The position numbers were made by a program, and so were the translations under genes. Positions 12,108 to 24,945 of a stretch of DNA of 64,000 bases are shown here, piece by piece. Each line of letters starts with the position of its first letter. Positions within the stretch are counted from its first letter, which is position 1. The notes beneath the pieces are model-generated. The model saw only the letters and a program-made list of their open reading frames with translations. It did not search any database and had not been told where the DNA came from. The DNA is from Octopus vulgaris (lineage: Eukaryota), in contig OX597836.1 of NCBI GenBank assembly GCA_951406725.2, forward strand, positions 33,666,001 to 33,730,000, written 5' to 3'.

Positions 12108-12328
12108 AATTATTTCGACTTTTTTTTCAACAAATTTTATTCAACAATAACAATATTTAACAAAAACATCTTTAAATGACGGTCTGATCGTCTGCCGAGC
12201 AAATGGGAAGCAGTAATTGAAGTAGATGGTGAATATGCTCCGGAATAATCATTTATAGATGTTTTTGTTACATGTTATTGAATAAAATTTGTTGAAAAAA
12301 AAGCCGCAATAATTATGCACCAACCCAA
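12108..12328 (+). mobile_element. Mariner-derived foldback MITE
   Basis: Mariner-type TIR AATAATTATGCACCAACCCAA|TA; C-terminal peptide DRLPSKWEAVIEVDGEYAPE*; left part is an inverted copy of the right subterminal region. Confidence 0.75.
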
Positions 12329-12711
12329 TATATGAATATGCGTGTGTATGTATATATATGTGTGCACAGGTGTCTGTTATAAAAACGTGAATGTATGTGT
12401 GTTTATGTAGGCAAACCTCCATAAGTGTGTCCACCCCACAGACTGTTTCCTCTTAACTTTCAGACAAAATTGATATTCTTTAAATGAAATCTTTTAATAC
12501 TTTTCAGATGGTGTTTGTTTTTTCGTAATTATATCAAAGTTTAATGTATATAAAAAATAGTGGTAGATGTACACACATACATACTAACACAGACAGACAG
12601 ACAGACAGACAGACAGATAGATAGATAGATACATACATACATACATACATACATACATACATACATACATGAGAGACAGAAAATGGAATTCACAAGACTC
12701 CTTATTCAATA

Positions 12712-12771
12712 TCACTACAATCGTTTCGACAGATCCCGTACCTTACAGGTGGGATGCGCCTTCTCAGCTGA
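12712..12771 (-). ncRNA. Degenerate hammerhead-like motif
   Basis: Minus strand: CTGAGAA, stem II GGCGCATCCC/GGGATCTGTC, GAA, AC-GATT-GT, A; core and stem I imperfect. Confidence 0.4.
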
Positions 12772-12917
12772 CTTTACAAACAAGTCGTTCCACTTATTTC
12801 TATAACAACACATTCTAAGTTATTTCATATACATGCACACGCACACATATATACACACACATGTACATACATATACAAGCATGTACATACACACATGTAC
12901 AGACACACACACACACA

Positions 12918-12986
<69 letters not shown>

Positions 12987-13066
12987 ACATCATTTTAAAA
13001 TGTAACCACATGTGAATTGTTGGCGATTTTTTCCCTCCGTTTTCCTTTTCTATTGGACTTTCCTCT

Positions 13067-13102
13067 GTTTCTGAAGAAGAGCGCCTGCTCGAAACGTAAA
13101 AC
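13067..13102 (+). ncRNA. Minimal type-I hammerhead ribozyme motif (Penelope-type)
   Basis: GTTT CTGAAGA A GAGC-GCCT-GCTC GAA AC GT A AAAC: stem I GTTT/AAAC, palindromic stem III ACGT. Confidence 0.7.
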
Positions 13103-13196
13103 CACCTTTCTTTCTTTCCCTGAGTGTCTGCTAATACTTTACATGTACAACGTCCTCGCATTGTTGTTTTATGTGTTTGTTATTCGTTTTTTGGGG

Positions 13197-13229
<33 letters not shown>

Positions 13230-13317
13230 CCACACACACACACACATATATATATATACCACACACACACACATATATATATATACCACACACACACACA
13301 CACATATATATATATAC

Positions 13318-13351
<34 letters not shown>

Positions 13352-14132
13352 CCACACACATACATACATACATACATATTATATATATATATATATATAT
13401 ATACAAAAAAGGGACAACAAAACATCCAGACAGACGATACAAGGAAAACAAGGACGGATCATTCAGAGTTTTCTATCCTCAGTCGAGTTCCAGATTATAT
13501 ATATGCAATACATAGCAATGCATGCATCTAAAGCAATTTTTTTTCGGGGGCCTTTAAAATACTATGGTGGGACCTCTAAAAATCTTATATTGGACTCCGG
13601 TTGAGAACCACTGGTTTAGACTTTGAAGTCTGACAACAGTGGCTCAACAAGCTAAGACAGCTAAGGTGGCCAGCAAGACGTAGGTGTCACACTGGAGAAC
13701 TCTACCTTTCCCAGAGTTGATGGAAGGGTGTCGAAGAAGTCACTGAGCCACCCGAGGGACTCCATTCCTTGGTTTGCTCTTGAAGACCGTTCCCCGAGCT
13801 TTTCTTCCTTTCCCAAGGCAGTGAGGGTTTGTACTTACAAATGTTAATTAACCTATAGCTGGGATCCTGACAAGCAGCTTCGAGGTGGTTCCACACTACT
13901 CAAAATCCCGGAGCTCCTAAGCCAGGGTCCCCATCCCGCGCAACCAGATGCAAGCAGAAGCATTACTTTGCCTGTGGTGGGATGTGGTTAGCCTTCATGA
14001 GGGTCGTTAGCCGGAGCCGACTCAACCAAGCTTATGTCAGTAGTACAGATCTGCCAGGCCAAAACTGACAAGACAGATGGGGGTAAACAACTAAGAGGGT
14101 CGCATTAGATAACAGAACACCAATGAGCCATG

Positions 14133-14447
14133 TGAAGGTGCATGGCTCAGTGGTTAGAGCAGCGGGCTCACAATCATGAAGTAGTGTGTTGGGTTATTGA
14201 GTAAGACACTTTATTTCATGTTGTTCCAGTTCACTCAGCTGTAGAAATGAGTTGCGATGTCATTGGCGCCAAGCTGTATCAGCCTTTGCCTTTCCCTTGG
14301 GTAACATCGGTGGCATGGAGAGAGGAGGCTGGTATGCATGGGCGACTGCTGGTCTTCCATAAACAAGCTGGTCCGGATTTGTGCTTTGGAAGGGAACTTT
14401 CTAGGTGCAATCCATTGATCATTCATGGCGGAAAGGGAGGGGGTCTT
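14133..14447 (+). mobile_element. SINE family D
   Basis: Homologous to 291-627. Confidence 0.8.
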
Positions 14448-14732
14448 TATCGTCTGAATAAAAGATAGGCTTGTCATGGCAATAATGTGTTCTCCCTTAA
14501 GTCTGCTCTGCCAGGGTTGACTTGGAAGTAGAGGACCAAACCACAACTGCCGACATATCCACCTACCCTCTCTCCTTGAGTCATTCCCATAATGCTCTCG
14601 CGATCATGAGGACACAACAGGGACATTCCAAAACCCCACCAATCAACAACATTGTACCAGGGACACACAATATCAACACCAAGGGCAAAACAAGAGCAGC
14701 GGTTGTCAGGTTTGAACTGACATAACTTTGTA

Positions 14733-14949
14733 CGAGGTGGTGCTGAAAAGTCCTTGGCTTTAAGGGTGTCGCGAAAAGCCTGGTTGGAAGCCCAGGCTTC
14801 CGAGTTCTTTTAGAGGGCTTAGAAAAACCGAAGGACCGCTGCAATAGGTGTGTAAATGTGAGAGGGGAATATGTTCGATAAAATCATAATTAACTGATCC
14901 TCCTGTATTTTCTTTTAGCCAAAACCAGGAACTTTTCAGCACTTTCTCG
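14733..14949 (+). mobile_element. Mariner MITE
   Basis: TA|CGAGGTGGTGCTGAAAAGT ... ACTTTTCAGCACTTTCTCG|TA; internal remnant FFLEGLEKPKDRCNRCVNVRGEYVR* resembles a transposase C-terminus. Confidence 0.8.
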
Positions 14950-15164
14950 TATCTCCAGTGGGCCATCACTACAATTTGAACACACATACAGAGGAGTCAA
15001 CAGGAAATCTACTGACCTGCTGGATATAGCAACCAAATCTCCCTCAAATTACACTTTACTGCAAGACCACATTTGATTATGTAGTCCTACGGTCACAGCG
15101 GAAATACTTTAGATGGTAGGTCTATTCAATCAAAATTTACCTAAGGATGAATATCAGCAACTGG

Positions 15165-15470
15165 TACCCTGTCGGTTACGGTGAAGGGTGTTCCAGTTGA
15201 TCCGATCAACGGAACAGGTTGCTCGAGAAATTAACGTGCATGTGGCTGAGTACTCCACAGACATGCGTGCCCTTAACGTAGTCCTCAGCGACATTCTGTA
15301 TGGCATACTGAACGCAACGAGGCTAGCCCTTTGAAATATAGTTTTGCCAGCTGAGTGGACTGTAGCGACATGAAATGAAGAGTCTTGCTCAAGGACACAG
15401 TGCGCTGCAGGGTATCGAACTCGGGATCTTTCGAGCGTAAGCCGAATAACCTCACCACTAAGTCACACCC
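15165..15470 (-). mobile_element. Chimeric SINE (family-E-type CORE body + Y tail)
   Basis: Body matches 61301-type copies; tail matches 30825-30995. Confidence 0.7.
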
Positions 15471-15502
15471 CTTTACAAATATCAACAGGGATACAGAAAC
15501 AG

Positions 15503-15918
15503 GAGGCGGCAAGCTGGCAGAAACGTTAGCATGTGGGGCGAAATGCTTAGCGGTATTTCGTCCGCCGTTACGTTCTGAGTTCAAATTCCGCCGAGGTCGA
15601 TTTTGCCTTTCATCCTTTCGGGGTCGATTAATTAAGTACCAGTTGCGCACTGGGGTCGATGCAATCGACTTAATCCGTTTGTCTGACCTTGTTTGTCCCC
15701 TCTGTGTTTAGCCCCTTGTGGGTAGTAAAGAAATAGGTATTTCGTCTCCCGCTACGTTCTGAGTTCAAATTCCGCCGAGGTCGATTTTGCCTTTCATCCT
15801 TTCGGGGTCGATTAATTAAGTACCAGTTACGCACTGGGGTCGATATAATTGACTTAATCCGTTTGTCTGTCCTTGTTTGTCCTCTCTGTATTTAGCCCAT
15901 TGTGGGTAGTAAAGAAAT
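15503..15918 (+). mobile_element. SINE family B dimer with TSD
   Basis: 184-bp periodicity; TSD AGGGATACAGAA at 15487-15498 and 15919-15930. Confidence 0.9.
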
Positions 15919-16760
15919 AGGGATACAGAATGGACAGTGAAGAGAAGAGAATATAACCAGAGCGGTCAGTGGACAAAACGACCAGAGTAGACACTGGAGA
16001 GAGAGGGAGAGTACAACAAAACCAAAGCGGACAGAGGAAAGGACAAGGGTGTTTGTTTCGAAGTAGATGAGGGAACACTAGTGTCCTGGATAAGTCCCTA
16101 TCCTCGCACCAACAAGGTTCTGCTTGGACCACATGCAGAGGTCAGATGGAATATGTTGAGGCAGATTTCCTACGGCTAGATGTGTTTTTCCGCGGACGAA
16201 TGGAAACGGACAACGCCGCATGTATGACGATGATGCTCATTTACAACCATTATGTGATATCTAGACATACATACATACATACACACACGTAGAATAGGCT
16301 TCTTTCAGTTTCCATCAGCCAAATCCAATCCCAAGGCTTTTGCCGTCCCAGGACCATAGCAGAAGTCGCTTGCCCGAGGTGTTCCACGGTGAGACTGAAC
16401 TCAAGACCATATAATTGGCAAGCAAGATCCTTAACAACACAGCCATGCCTACACCATAAAACATGAACAAATCCGGTACCTGCACACATCTAGATAAGCT
16501 GTGCTAATCAGAGGTTAAATGCTCCAGCTACAGATTACGATGTTTGGTGGTCTTGGAATGAAACCCGTTTCTCCATGTGTTCTATTAAGCTATCGTTGAC
16601 TCATTTATCGCGGGTGTTTTGTTGGAACGAAATATCATCGTCATCATCATTTAACGTCCCTTTTTCCATGCTGGCATGGGCTGGACGGTCTAATAAGGAC
16701 AGACGAGACAGAGGGTTCCGCCAAGTCCTTATGACTGCTTCGGCATGGTTTCTACAGCTT

Positions 16761-17086
16761 ATGAGAGCTCAAAATCTCTCGTGGAAGCGTCATCCAACCA
16801 AAATGCAAATATATGGGAAATTACCACCTGTATCATCTCTTGTGAAAGGTAGAAGAGTCCAGTTTGCTGGACATTGTTGTAGAGCTGAAAACGAGGTGAT
16901 TTCTACTCTTCTCCCCTGGAAGCCATCTGCTCGCGATACCAGAGGGCGCACACTCTGGTACCCTGATGTAATCTCCAGGGATACAGGCATCCAGCAACAG
17001 GACCGCCGTAATGCTATGATGGACCGTGAAGTCTGGCATAACATAGTAAATTCCATTGTCTCGACCTCGGTCGAACAATGATGATG
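16761..17086 (+). mobile_element. 5'-truncated RTE-type LINE 3' end
   Basis: RAQNLSWKRHPT...RRVQFAGHCCR...AMMDREVW peptide, (TGA)n tail, 7-bp TSD ACAGCTT; inserted in a minus-strand (GAT)n-tailed repeat at 16635-17280. Confidence 0.8.
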
Positions 17087-17722
17087 ACAGCTTGATACTC
17101 TTCCTAACTCCAACCATTTCACAGCGTATTGGGTGCCTTTTGCACAGCAACAACACCGGTGAGGTCACAATATAAGACCCCTCAACTGAATAGAGTATAG
17201 ACTGAAGGGATAAGAAATAATAATAGAGGGAAAGGAACAGGTTTCTTGCTGAAGAGGTGAACACATGGTTTGTCCACTTGGAAAGTGTGAAGGAGAGCGG
17301 CTCTGGTTAGGTTGATGGACTCATGATGTTAAGGTTGCAGTTTCGGTTCCTGGACCAGGCAAGACATTGTGCCCTTGAGCAAAACACTTCATTTGACGTT
17401 ACCCCACTCCACTCAGCTGGTGAAAATGAGTAATCCTGCGGCGGACTGGCGTCCCGTCCGCGAATTTTTTTTTTCCCACGCGAGTTCCGGATCCCAGTCT
17501 TTACGAAGGTGGTAGTCAGAAAGATAGATTCCCTCTCGTCACGTGTCAGCGATGAGAGAATCAAGGAGGAGGGGTGAGAGAGAGGGAACGGTGAAGGGGA
17601 GAGGAGAAGAATAGGGAAGGGTGGGAGAGAAAACCAGAAAGGATGAAGAACAAGAGGCGGAGAAAGATAGACATATTATTATATGATTGAACACCACGCA
17701 TACTCTTCCAAGTAAGTTTCAT

Positions 17723-17765
<43 letters not shown>

Positions 17766-17832
17766 CTACCTATCCATACCTATGTCATCCAACGTTTCGC
17801 CTTTTTATCTACCCATCTTATTTATATATATA

Positions 17833-18042
17833 TATTTCTTTATTGCCCATAAGGGGCTAAACATAGAGGGGACAAACAAGGACAGACAAACGGATTAAGT
17901 CGATTATATCGACCCCAGTGCGTAACTGGTACTTAATTTATCGACCCCGAAAGGATGAAAGGCAAAGTCGACTTCGGCGGAAATTGAACTCAGAGAACGT
18001 AACGACATACGAAATACCGCTAAGCATTTCGCCCGGCGCGCT
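17833..18042 (-). mobile_element. SINE family B
   Basis: Homologous to the 15503 unit. Confidence 0.85.
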
Positions 18043-18359
18043 AAAGCCTTGGTCGGCCCGAGGCTGTAGTAGAAGACACTTGCCCAAGGTGCCATGCAGT
18101 GGGACTGAACTCGCAACCCTGTGGTTGGTAAGCAAGCTACTTACCACACATCCACTCGTGTGCCTTGTTCACATTATTTTTAATTAATCATGCATTATCA
18201 CATCGCTTCAAGATTTCAATTCCTAATATTTAGTTACGAAAATACAGCAGGAACCTTTTTAAAAAAAACATAAATAAAATGGCTTATGAGGGGTCAATCC
18301 AAGTGAAACAGGAATGAAAGAAGTGTGTGTGGGGGGGAGCAAAGACAAATTTTTTTTTT

Positions 18360-18585
18360 TTACTTGTTTCAGTCATTTGACTGCGGCCATGCTGGAGCAC
18401 CGCCTTTAGTCGAGCAAATCGACCCCGGGACTTATTCTTTGTTAAGCCCAGTACTTATTCTATCTTTCGCTTTTGCCGAACCGCTAAGTTACGGGGACGT
18501 AAACACACCAGCATCGGTTGTCAAGCAATGCTAGAGGGAGAAACACAGACACACAAACATATACACACACACACACATACATACA

Positions 18586-18635
<50 letters not shown>

Positions 18636-18795
18636 TACGACAGGCTTCTTTCAGTTTCCGTCTACCAAATCCACTCACAAGGCTTTGGTCAGCCCAAAGC
18701 TATAGCAGAAGACACTTGCCCAAGATGCCACGCAGTGGGACTGAACCCGGAACCCTGAGGTTGGTTAGCAAGCTACTTACCACACAGCCACTCCT
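18360..18795 (-). mobile_element. SINE family A, full length
   Basis: Reverse complement of 2359-2780. Confidence 0.9.
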
Positions 18796-19324
18796 AAATA
18801 AATAAATAAATAAATAAATAAAATAATGGTTGAGAAACACAAAACACTGATGTAGAATGAAGAGTAAATAACTTATTGAGGAGAAAACGCAATATTTCAT
18901 GCCTTGCTTTTCTTTTAACCCAATTTTGAGATGAAGAGAGAACGGAATATTTTTGAACGAAGCTGCATTCTAACCACAATCTCTCTCTCTCTCACACATA
19001 CACACACACAAGACACACAAATACACTTCTGTCTGTGTGTACATGTAAAATGTAGTTAAAAACACGAGAGACACAAAAGTCTACCAGGACATTTTTTTTT
19101 TATTTCTTATTATTCAGTAATAACAAAAGTACTCTTCAACTATTATATATACGAGCGAAGATCACAAGTCTCTTGCCGCCTCTAAACATCTACGTACCTC
19201 TGTCACTATCTACCAATTCCCACCTCCTCTCTCTCTCTCTCATTCTTTCTTTCTCAATCTACCTGTCTATCCACCTTACCTGCCTATGTCATCCAACGTG
19301 TCTTCGCCTCTTTATCTACCCATC

Positions 19325-19623
19325 TTATATATATATATACATATACATATATATACACATATATATACATACACATATATATATACATACACATATATAT
19401 ATATATACACATATATATATATATACACATATATATATATATACACATATATATATATATACACATATATATATATATATATACACACATATATATATAC
19501 ACATATATATATACACACATATATATATACACACATATATATATACACACATATATATACACATATATATATACATATATATATACATATATATATACAT
19601 ATATATATACATATATATACATA

Positions 19624-19673
<50 letters not shown>

Positions 19674-19842
19674 CACATACATATATACACATACATATAT
19701 ACACATACATACATACATACATACATATATACATACACATATATACATACATATATACATACATATATACATACATATATACATACATACATACATATAT
19801 ATATACATATATACATACATACATTCATACATATATATATAC
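19325..19842. repeat. (TA)n/(CA)n compound microsatellite
   Basis: Direct reading. Confidence 0.95.
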
Positions 19843-20084
19843 GTCTGTCAGTCGGGTCTCTTCTGTATTTAAGGTAAAAATAAATTTGTGTTCGCCTACT
19901 CCTTAAACACCGCTGTTATTTTAGGGAGCCGAAAGGAGGGGGGGGGAAAAGGGGGAAGGAAAGAGGCCTTCTTTCTTTCTTCCTTCCTTTCTTTCCCCTC
20001 TCCTCCACCCGCCCTTTTTTCAGTCTCGTGCGTTTTTTTTTTTTTGTTCCATTTGCGGAATGTAATGCAGAAGGAGCAATCAAT

Positions 20085-20790
20085 GGAGGAGGTGATGGTG
20101 ATGATGCTGGAGGTGGTGATGATGATGATTATGATGATGGTGGTGATGATGATGGGAGAGGTGACGATGATAATGATGGTGGTGGTGGTGGAGATGGAGG
20201 CGAAGGTAATGATGATGGTAGCAGTGGTGGTGGTGGTGATGGTGGGTGATGATGATGTTGACAGAGGTGATGATGGTGATGGCGGAGGTGATGAAGATGG
20301 TGATGATGGTGGCGATGGTGACGTCAAGGTAACGGTGACGTTGGTGGTAGACGTCATGGTGATGACGGTGGTAGAAGTAACGTTGATGACGGTGGCGGTG
20401 GTGGTAGTGGTGGCGGCGGTGGTGGCGATGGTGGGTGATGATGATGTTGACAGGGGTGATGATGGTGATGGCGGAGGTGATGAAGATGGTGATGATGGTG
20501 GCGATGGTGACGTCAAGGTAACGGTGACGTTGGTGGTAGACGTCATGGTGATGACGGTGGTAGAAGTAACGTTGATGACGGTGGCGGTGGTGGTAGTGGT
20601 GGCGGCGGTGGTGGCGATGGTGGGTGATGATGATGTTGACAGGGGTGATGATGGTGATGGCGAAGGTGATGAAGATGGTGGTGACGTCAAGGTAACGGTG
20701 ACGTTGGTGGTAGACGTCATGGTGATGGCGTTGGTGATGACGGTGGTAGAAGTAACGTTAATGACGGTGGCGGTGGTGGTGATGACGTAG
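20085..20790. repeat. GGT/GAT-rich tract containing a 189-bp tandem unit, about 3 copies
   Basis: GTTGACA at 20257, 20446 and 20635 (period 189). Confidence 0.9.
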
Positions 20791-21079
20791 TATTTGTTGA
20801 TAGGGAAAGTGGTTGAGGGCGGAGTCGATGGTAAGCTGACGATGATGATGATGACGACGTTGATGATGATGCGGGTGGCTGGGGGGGGGGGAGGGGAGAG
20901 GCAGATATGGTGATGTTGTAATGATGATGAGAAGGTGGGGACGACGGTGGTATGGAAAGTTTTCGTGATGGTTTTAGTAGAATGATGGTGGTGGTGGTTG
21001 CAGTGGTCAGAGTTGTAGAAGTAAGAGAGGTGTAGGTAACAACAACAACAACAACAAAAATGAAACCAATCAGCAAGAC

Positions 21080-22030
21080 ACCCATCCATCGAACTAACCA
21101 TCAATCCACCCAACCAGGTAGCTAACCATCCATCATCTAGCCACCCAGCCAGTCAACTAGCAAACCAGACAACTAACCACCTACCAAACTAGCCAGTTAA
21201 CTAACCACCTAGCCAGCCAGCCAACTAACCATCCATTTATCCACCCAGCCAGACAACTAACCACCACCCAGCCACCCAGTTAGCTAACAAACCATACATC
21301 CACCCAGCTAGCCAGTTAGCTATTTAACCATCCATCCACCCACCCAGCTAGCCAGTCAGCTATCTAACAATACATCCACCCAGCTACCCAGTTAGCTAAC
21401 AAACCATCCATCCACTAAGCCAGCCAGTCAGCCAACTAACCATCCACCCAGCTAGCTAACTAACCATCCATCCATCCACCCATCCAGCTAACCAGTCAGC
21501 TATCTAACTGTACATCCACCCAGCTAGCCAATTAGCTAACAAACCATCCATCCACTAAGCCAGCCAGTCAGCCAACTAACTAACTATCCACCCAGCTAAC
21601 CATCCATCCACCCACCCATCCAGCTAGTCAGTCAGCTATCTAACCATACATCCACCCAGCTAGCCAACTAACCATCCACCCATCAAGCTGTTCATTTAAA
21701 CATCCATCCACCCAGCTAGCCAGTTAGCTAACAAACCATCCATCCACCCACCCAGTTAGCCAACTAACCATCCACCCAGCTAGCTAACTAACCATCCACC
21801 CATCAAGTTGTTCATTTAAACATCCATCCACCCAGCTAGCCAGTTAGCTAACAAACCATCCATCCATCCAGCCAGCCAGCCAACTAACCATCCACCCAGC
21901 TAGCTAACCAACCATCCATCCATCCATCCATCAAGTTGTTCATTTAGCCATTCATTCAACCATTCAGCCACCCACCCAAACTAACCACCCAACCTACCAA
22001 CCAACAAACCAACCTACCGGCCAGCCAGCC
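21080..22030. repeat. Tetranucleotide mosaic (CCAT/CCAG/CTAA) with higher-order repeats of about 120 bp
   Basis: CATCAAG(C/T)TGTTCATTTA recurs near 21681, 21801 and 21929. Confidence 0.85.
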
Positions 22031-22497
22031 CCCCACCCCCCCTCCACCCACCAAAAAACAAAAACAAAACAAACCCGACAAGCAACTGCTGGTGCTATTA
22101 TCCATTCTGCTGCTTCAATATTAGCAGCTCTTTGACGACATACCAGTCATGCTAACTTAAATGTCTTCACACCCTCACGCACACATTTTGCACAGAGAAT
22201 TCTTTCGCCTTTTTTCTCAAGCGAAAACCAACAGCATCAGAAACACCAGGGGGGCTCTTGGTACACACTTTGTATGAATGTATGTGTGGATATATATGTG
22301 TGTGTGTCTGTGTGTGTGTGTGTAAATTTATGTGTGTATGTATGTATTAATGAAGATGGGTGTTTATATCAGTCTATCAGGGCATATTTTCATAAGAGGA
22401 TACATGTATATATAACAAGGAAAAATGTGTCTATATATGATAAATGTATTCATCTTCTAAATGTGTGCAAGTGAGAATGTGTATGTATGTATGTATG

Positions 22498-22539
<42 letters not shown>

Positions 22540-22729
22540 TAGATACACAACTATGAAAGTGTGAAATGTGTATATATATGTATGCATGTATGTATGTGTG
22601 AGGCTGGATATATATATAAGCACACACACACACACACCATCTGTGCTGGGCCAACTCTTAGGCTTAATGTTACATACAGACTCTTTAATGTGTGTGCATA
22701 TGTATGCATATATCTATCTATCTATCTAT

Positions 22730-22962
22730 CTATTTCATTACTACCCACAAGGGGCTAAACATAGAGGGGATAAACAAGGACAGACAAAGGGATTAAGTCG
22801 ATTATATCAACCCCAGTGCGAAACTGGTACTTTATTTATCGACCCCGAAAGGATGAAAGCCGAAGTCGACCTCGGCGGAATTTTAACTCCGAACATAATG
22901 ACATATGAAATACCGCTAAGCATTTTGCCCGGTGAGCTAACGTTTCTGCCAGCTCACCGCCT
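22730..22962 (-). mobile_element. SINE family B
   Basis: Homologous to other B copies. Confidence 0.85.
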
Positions 22963-23028
<66 letters not shown>

Positions 23029-23479
23029 TGCACATGACACGAATGGATGGATACACACAAAGCATATACAAGAAAGGATAAAATAAGCCGATTGCATACT
23101 ATAAAAAGGTTGGTGATAGGGAGGGCATCCAGTTATAGAAGCCAAGCCAAAAACGGAATATTCAGAGATGTGGGCTCAAGAAAAAATCACATGGTAAGTT
23201 AGCAATCTACAAAAAGGGCAGTAACTCCAAATAAGAACTGATACACAGGAGAGCAGACATTTTTGTCGTGACACAAAAGAGCTTCTCTAGTGACAGAGAT
23301 GCGATAAAATGCACCCTATAGATGCTGTAAACTGATCGGTGATAAGGGCCATCCACCTGCAGGGAACATAAAAAATGCATTGCAGGTAACTTGGCAAGGA
23401 AGACAGTAACTTCAAAGTCCATCAAAAACTGATATCGAGAAAAGAGGAGTTTTTAGTCTAGCTGTAGATAATCTAAAAG

Positions 23480-23880
23480 TCTGAAATATTTATAGGTCTT
23501 AAAATTCTATGTGTATATGATAAAAAGCGTTTAGAGTCTTCATTCAGAAGGAAAGAATAATCACGCAAAGATTATTTCCATGCTTTATGTGGTACAGAGG
23601 TTGCTTGGTTTCTTGTTACCATGATATAGTAGTGCACTTTTCAGCATTTTCGAATTTAGCTAGATAAGTGGAGGTTTATTATTTTCCAGTTCCCTGACAT
23701 ACATACATGTTTAATTCAGGTGAGATTTGTTAGAGTTTCTGGAGGTTTGAATATGGGAGTAGAATCTATGTTTAAATATATTTGATGTCATTCTATAGTA
23801 GGATTTCAATGTATGGTTTGTTCACATTGTACATTGGCAGACAATGTTCTTGGTTAAGTATTATAAGTCCATGTGGCATG
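23480..23880 (-). pseudogene. Decayed Penelope-like element GIY-YIG endonuclease C-terminus
   Basis: Manual translation across stops and frameshifts: CHMDL*YLTKNIVCQCT / YYRMTSNIFKHRFYSH / YVRELE...KMLKSALLYHGNKKPSNLCTT* / LLNEDSKRFLSYTHR, colinear with the Penelope pattern CP..G.CL..N.VY, YIG.T...FK.R...H, W.I...A.PY....CNLC..E, LN.R.E. Confidence 0.7.
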
Positions 23881-23982
23881 CATTATGGTTGGGACACTCT
23901 TATGGTTCATTAAACTAGAGTGTCAGATGTTTGTTTAGATTAAAGATGGAGAAGGCAATGTTCTAAACAAAATTTGGAATAG

Positions 23983-24276
23983 TTCTATATTAAAGTAATG
24001 AGGAATTATGTAAATTATTTACATTCAACGGATATTTGTCCTCATCTTACGCATATGGCGTAGTGGTTAAGAGTATGGGCTACTAACCCCAAGATTCCGA
24101 GTTCGATTCCAAGCAGTGACCTTAACAATAATAACATCGAAAAATACCTTAGGAATAAGAACCCAGTTCAAAATCTCCCCAAGACACCTGATGAAGGCTG
24201 GAGGGTATATCAGCCAAAACGTTGTGTTAACAACAAACAAGATGAGGACAAATATCCATTGAATGTAAATAATGTA
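23983..24276 (+). mobile_element. Short element: inverted terminal copy + tRNA-like head + hammerhead motif
   Basis: Inverted repeat 24014-24048 / 24239-24273 (34 of 35 nt); A box TGGCGTAGTGG, B box GAGTTCGATTCC; hammerhead at 24184-24227; flanking direct repeat AAAATTTGGAATAG (23969-23982, 24277-24290). Confidence 0.75.
24184..24227 (+). ncRNA. Type-I hammerhead motif (G12 mutated to A)
   Basis: ACAC CTGATGA A GGCTG-GAGGGTATAT-CAGCC aAA AC GT T GTGT. Confidence 0.65.
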
Positions 24277-24699
24277 AAAATTTGGAATAGCTGAGTAGAA
24301 TATTTTAATAGTGGCTTTGTTGCCAGGCACCTTAGACTTGAAAATTTCTTTATATTCTTTATTTCACTAACCCAATGAAACACTAAATATTTACCTGCAT
24401 TGAAACCATCATAAGAACATCATTATGAAATTGTAAAATAAAAATAGACAGGTGCAAAAGTAACCATAGTATTCATTTGAAAAAATTATTTTGGAATAAA
24501 CTACAACTCTGTTCAAATAAAGATGTCATTTTGAAGTACAGATTTTGGTCTATACATTTTATATAAACAGTTTTGCATATTTCAAACTGCCAAATTAAAA
24601 TAGCTCCCACCAAAAAAAAAAAAAAATTAAATAAAAAGTAAACATGAATGATTTTATTGTACATGTTCAAAATGGAATTCATAATTGTGGAAACTATCT

Positions 24700-24908
24700 G
24701 AAATACTGCTTGTGATCAGAGATGCACATATCGTCCGCCACTAATGGACATGCTCAACTGGTTACGGTCAAACAACTGACAAGCAAATCTGTGGTATTAA
24801 GCAGAATATTTGCTATAGCCCATCTTTTATACCAAGACAAAACAATGTACATGATAACACTTCCAATCAGTTAAGATCAGAAGCCACGAGAGCCACTGCT
24901 TGGTACTG

Positions 24909-24910
<2 letters not shown>
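24700..24910 (-). mobile_element. Unclassified (AAT)n-associated interspersed repeat
   Basis: 24712-24783 is the reverse complement of 32832-32903; both copies abut (AAT)n. Confidence 0.55.

Positions 24911-24942
<32 letters not shown>

Positions 24943-24945
<3 letters not shown>

Noticed and set aside
13400-13495. Minus-strand CTGAGGA..GAAAACTC and similar partial cores at 11542 and 52536
   Set aside because: Stem II or the core is too degenerate to call a hammerhead by eye.
13620-14110. GC-richer block, possibly a LINE 5' UTR with an HDV-like ribozyme
   Set aside because: I could not establish the nested pseudoknot or any coding homology manually.
24049-24120. tRNA-like sequences here and at SINE heads (e.g. 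30619, 38818) as real tRNA genes
   Set aside because: No complete acceptor stem or cloverleaf; they run straight into repeat bodies.
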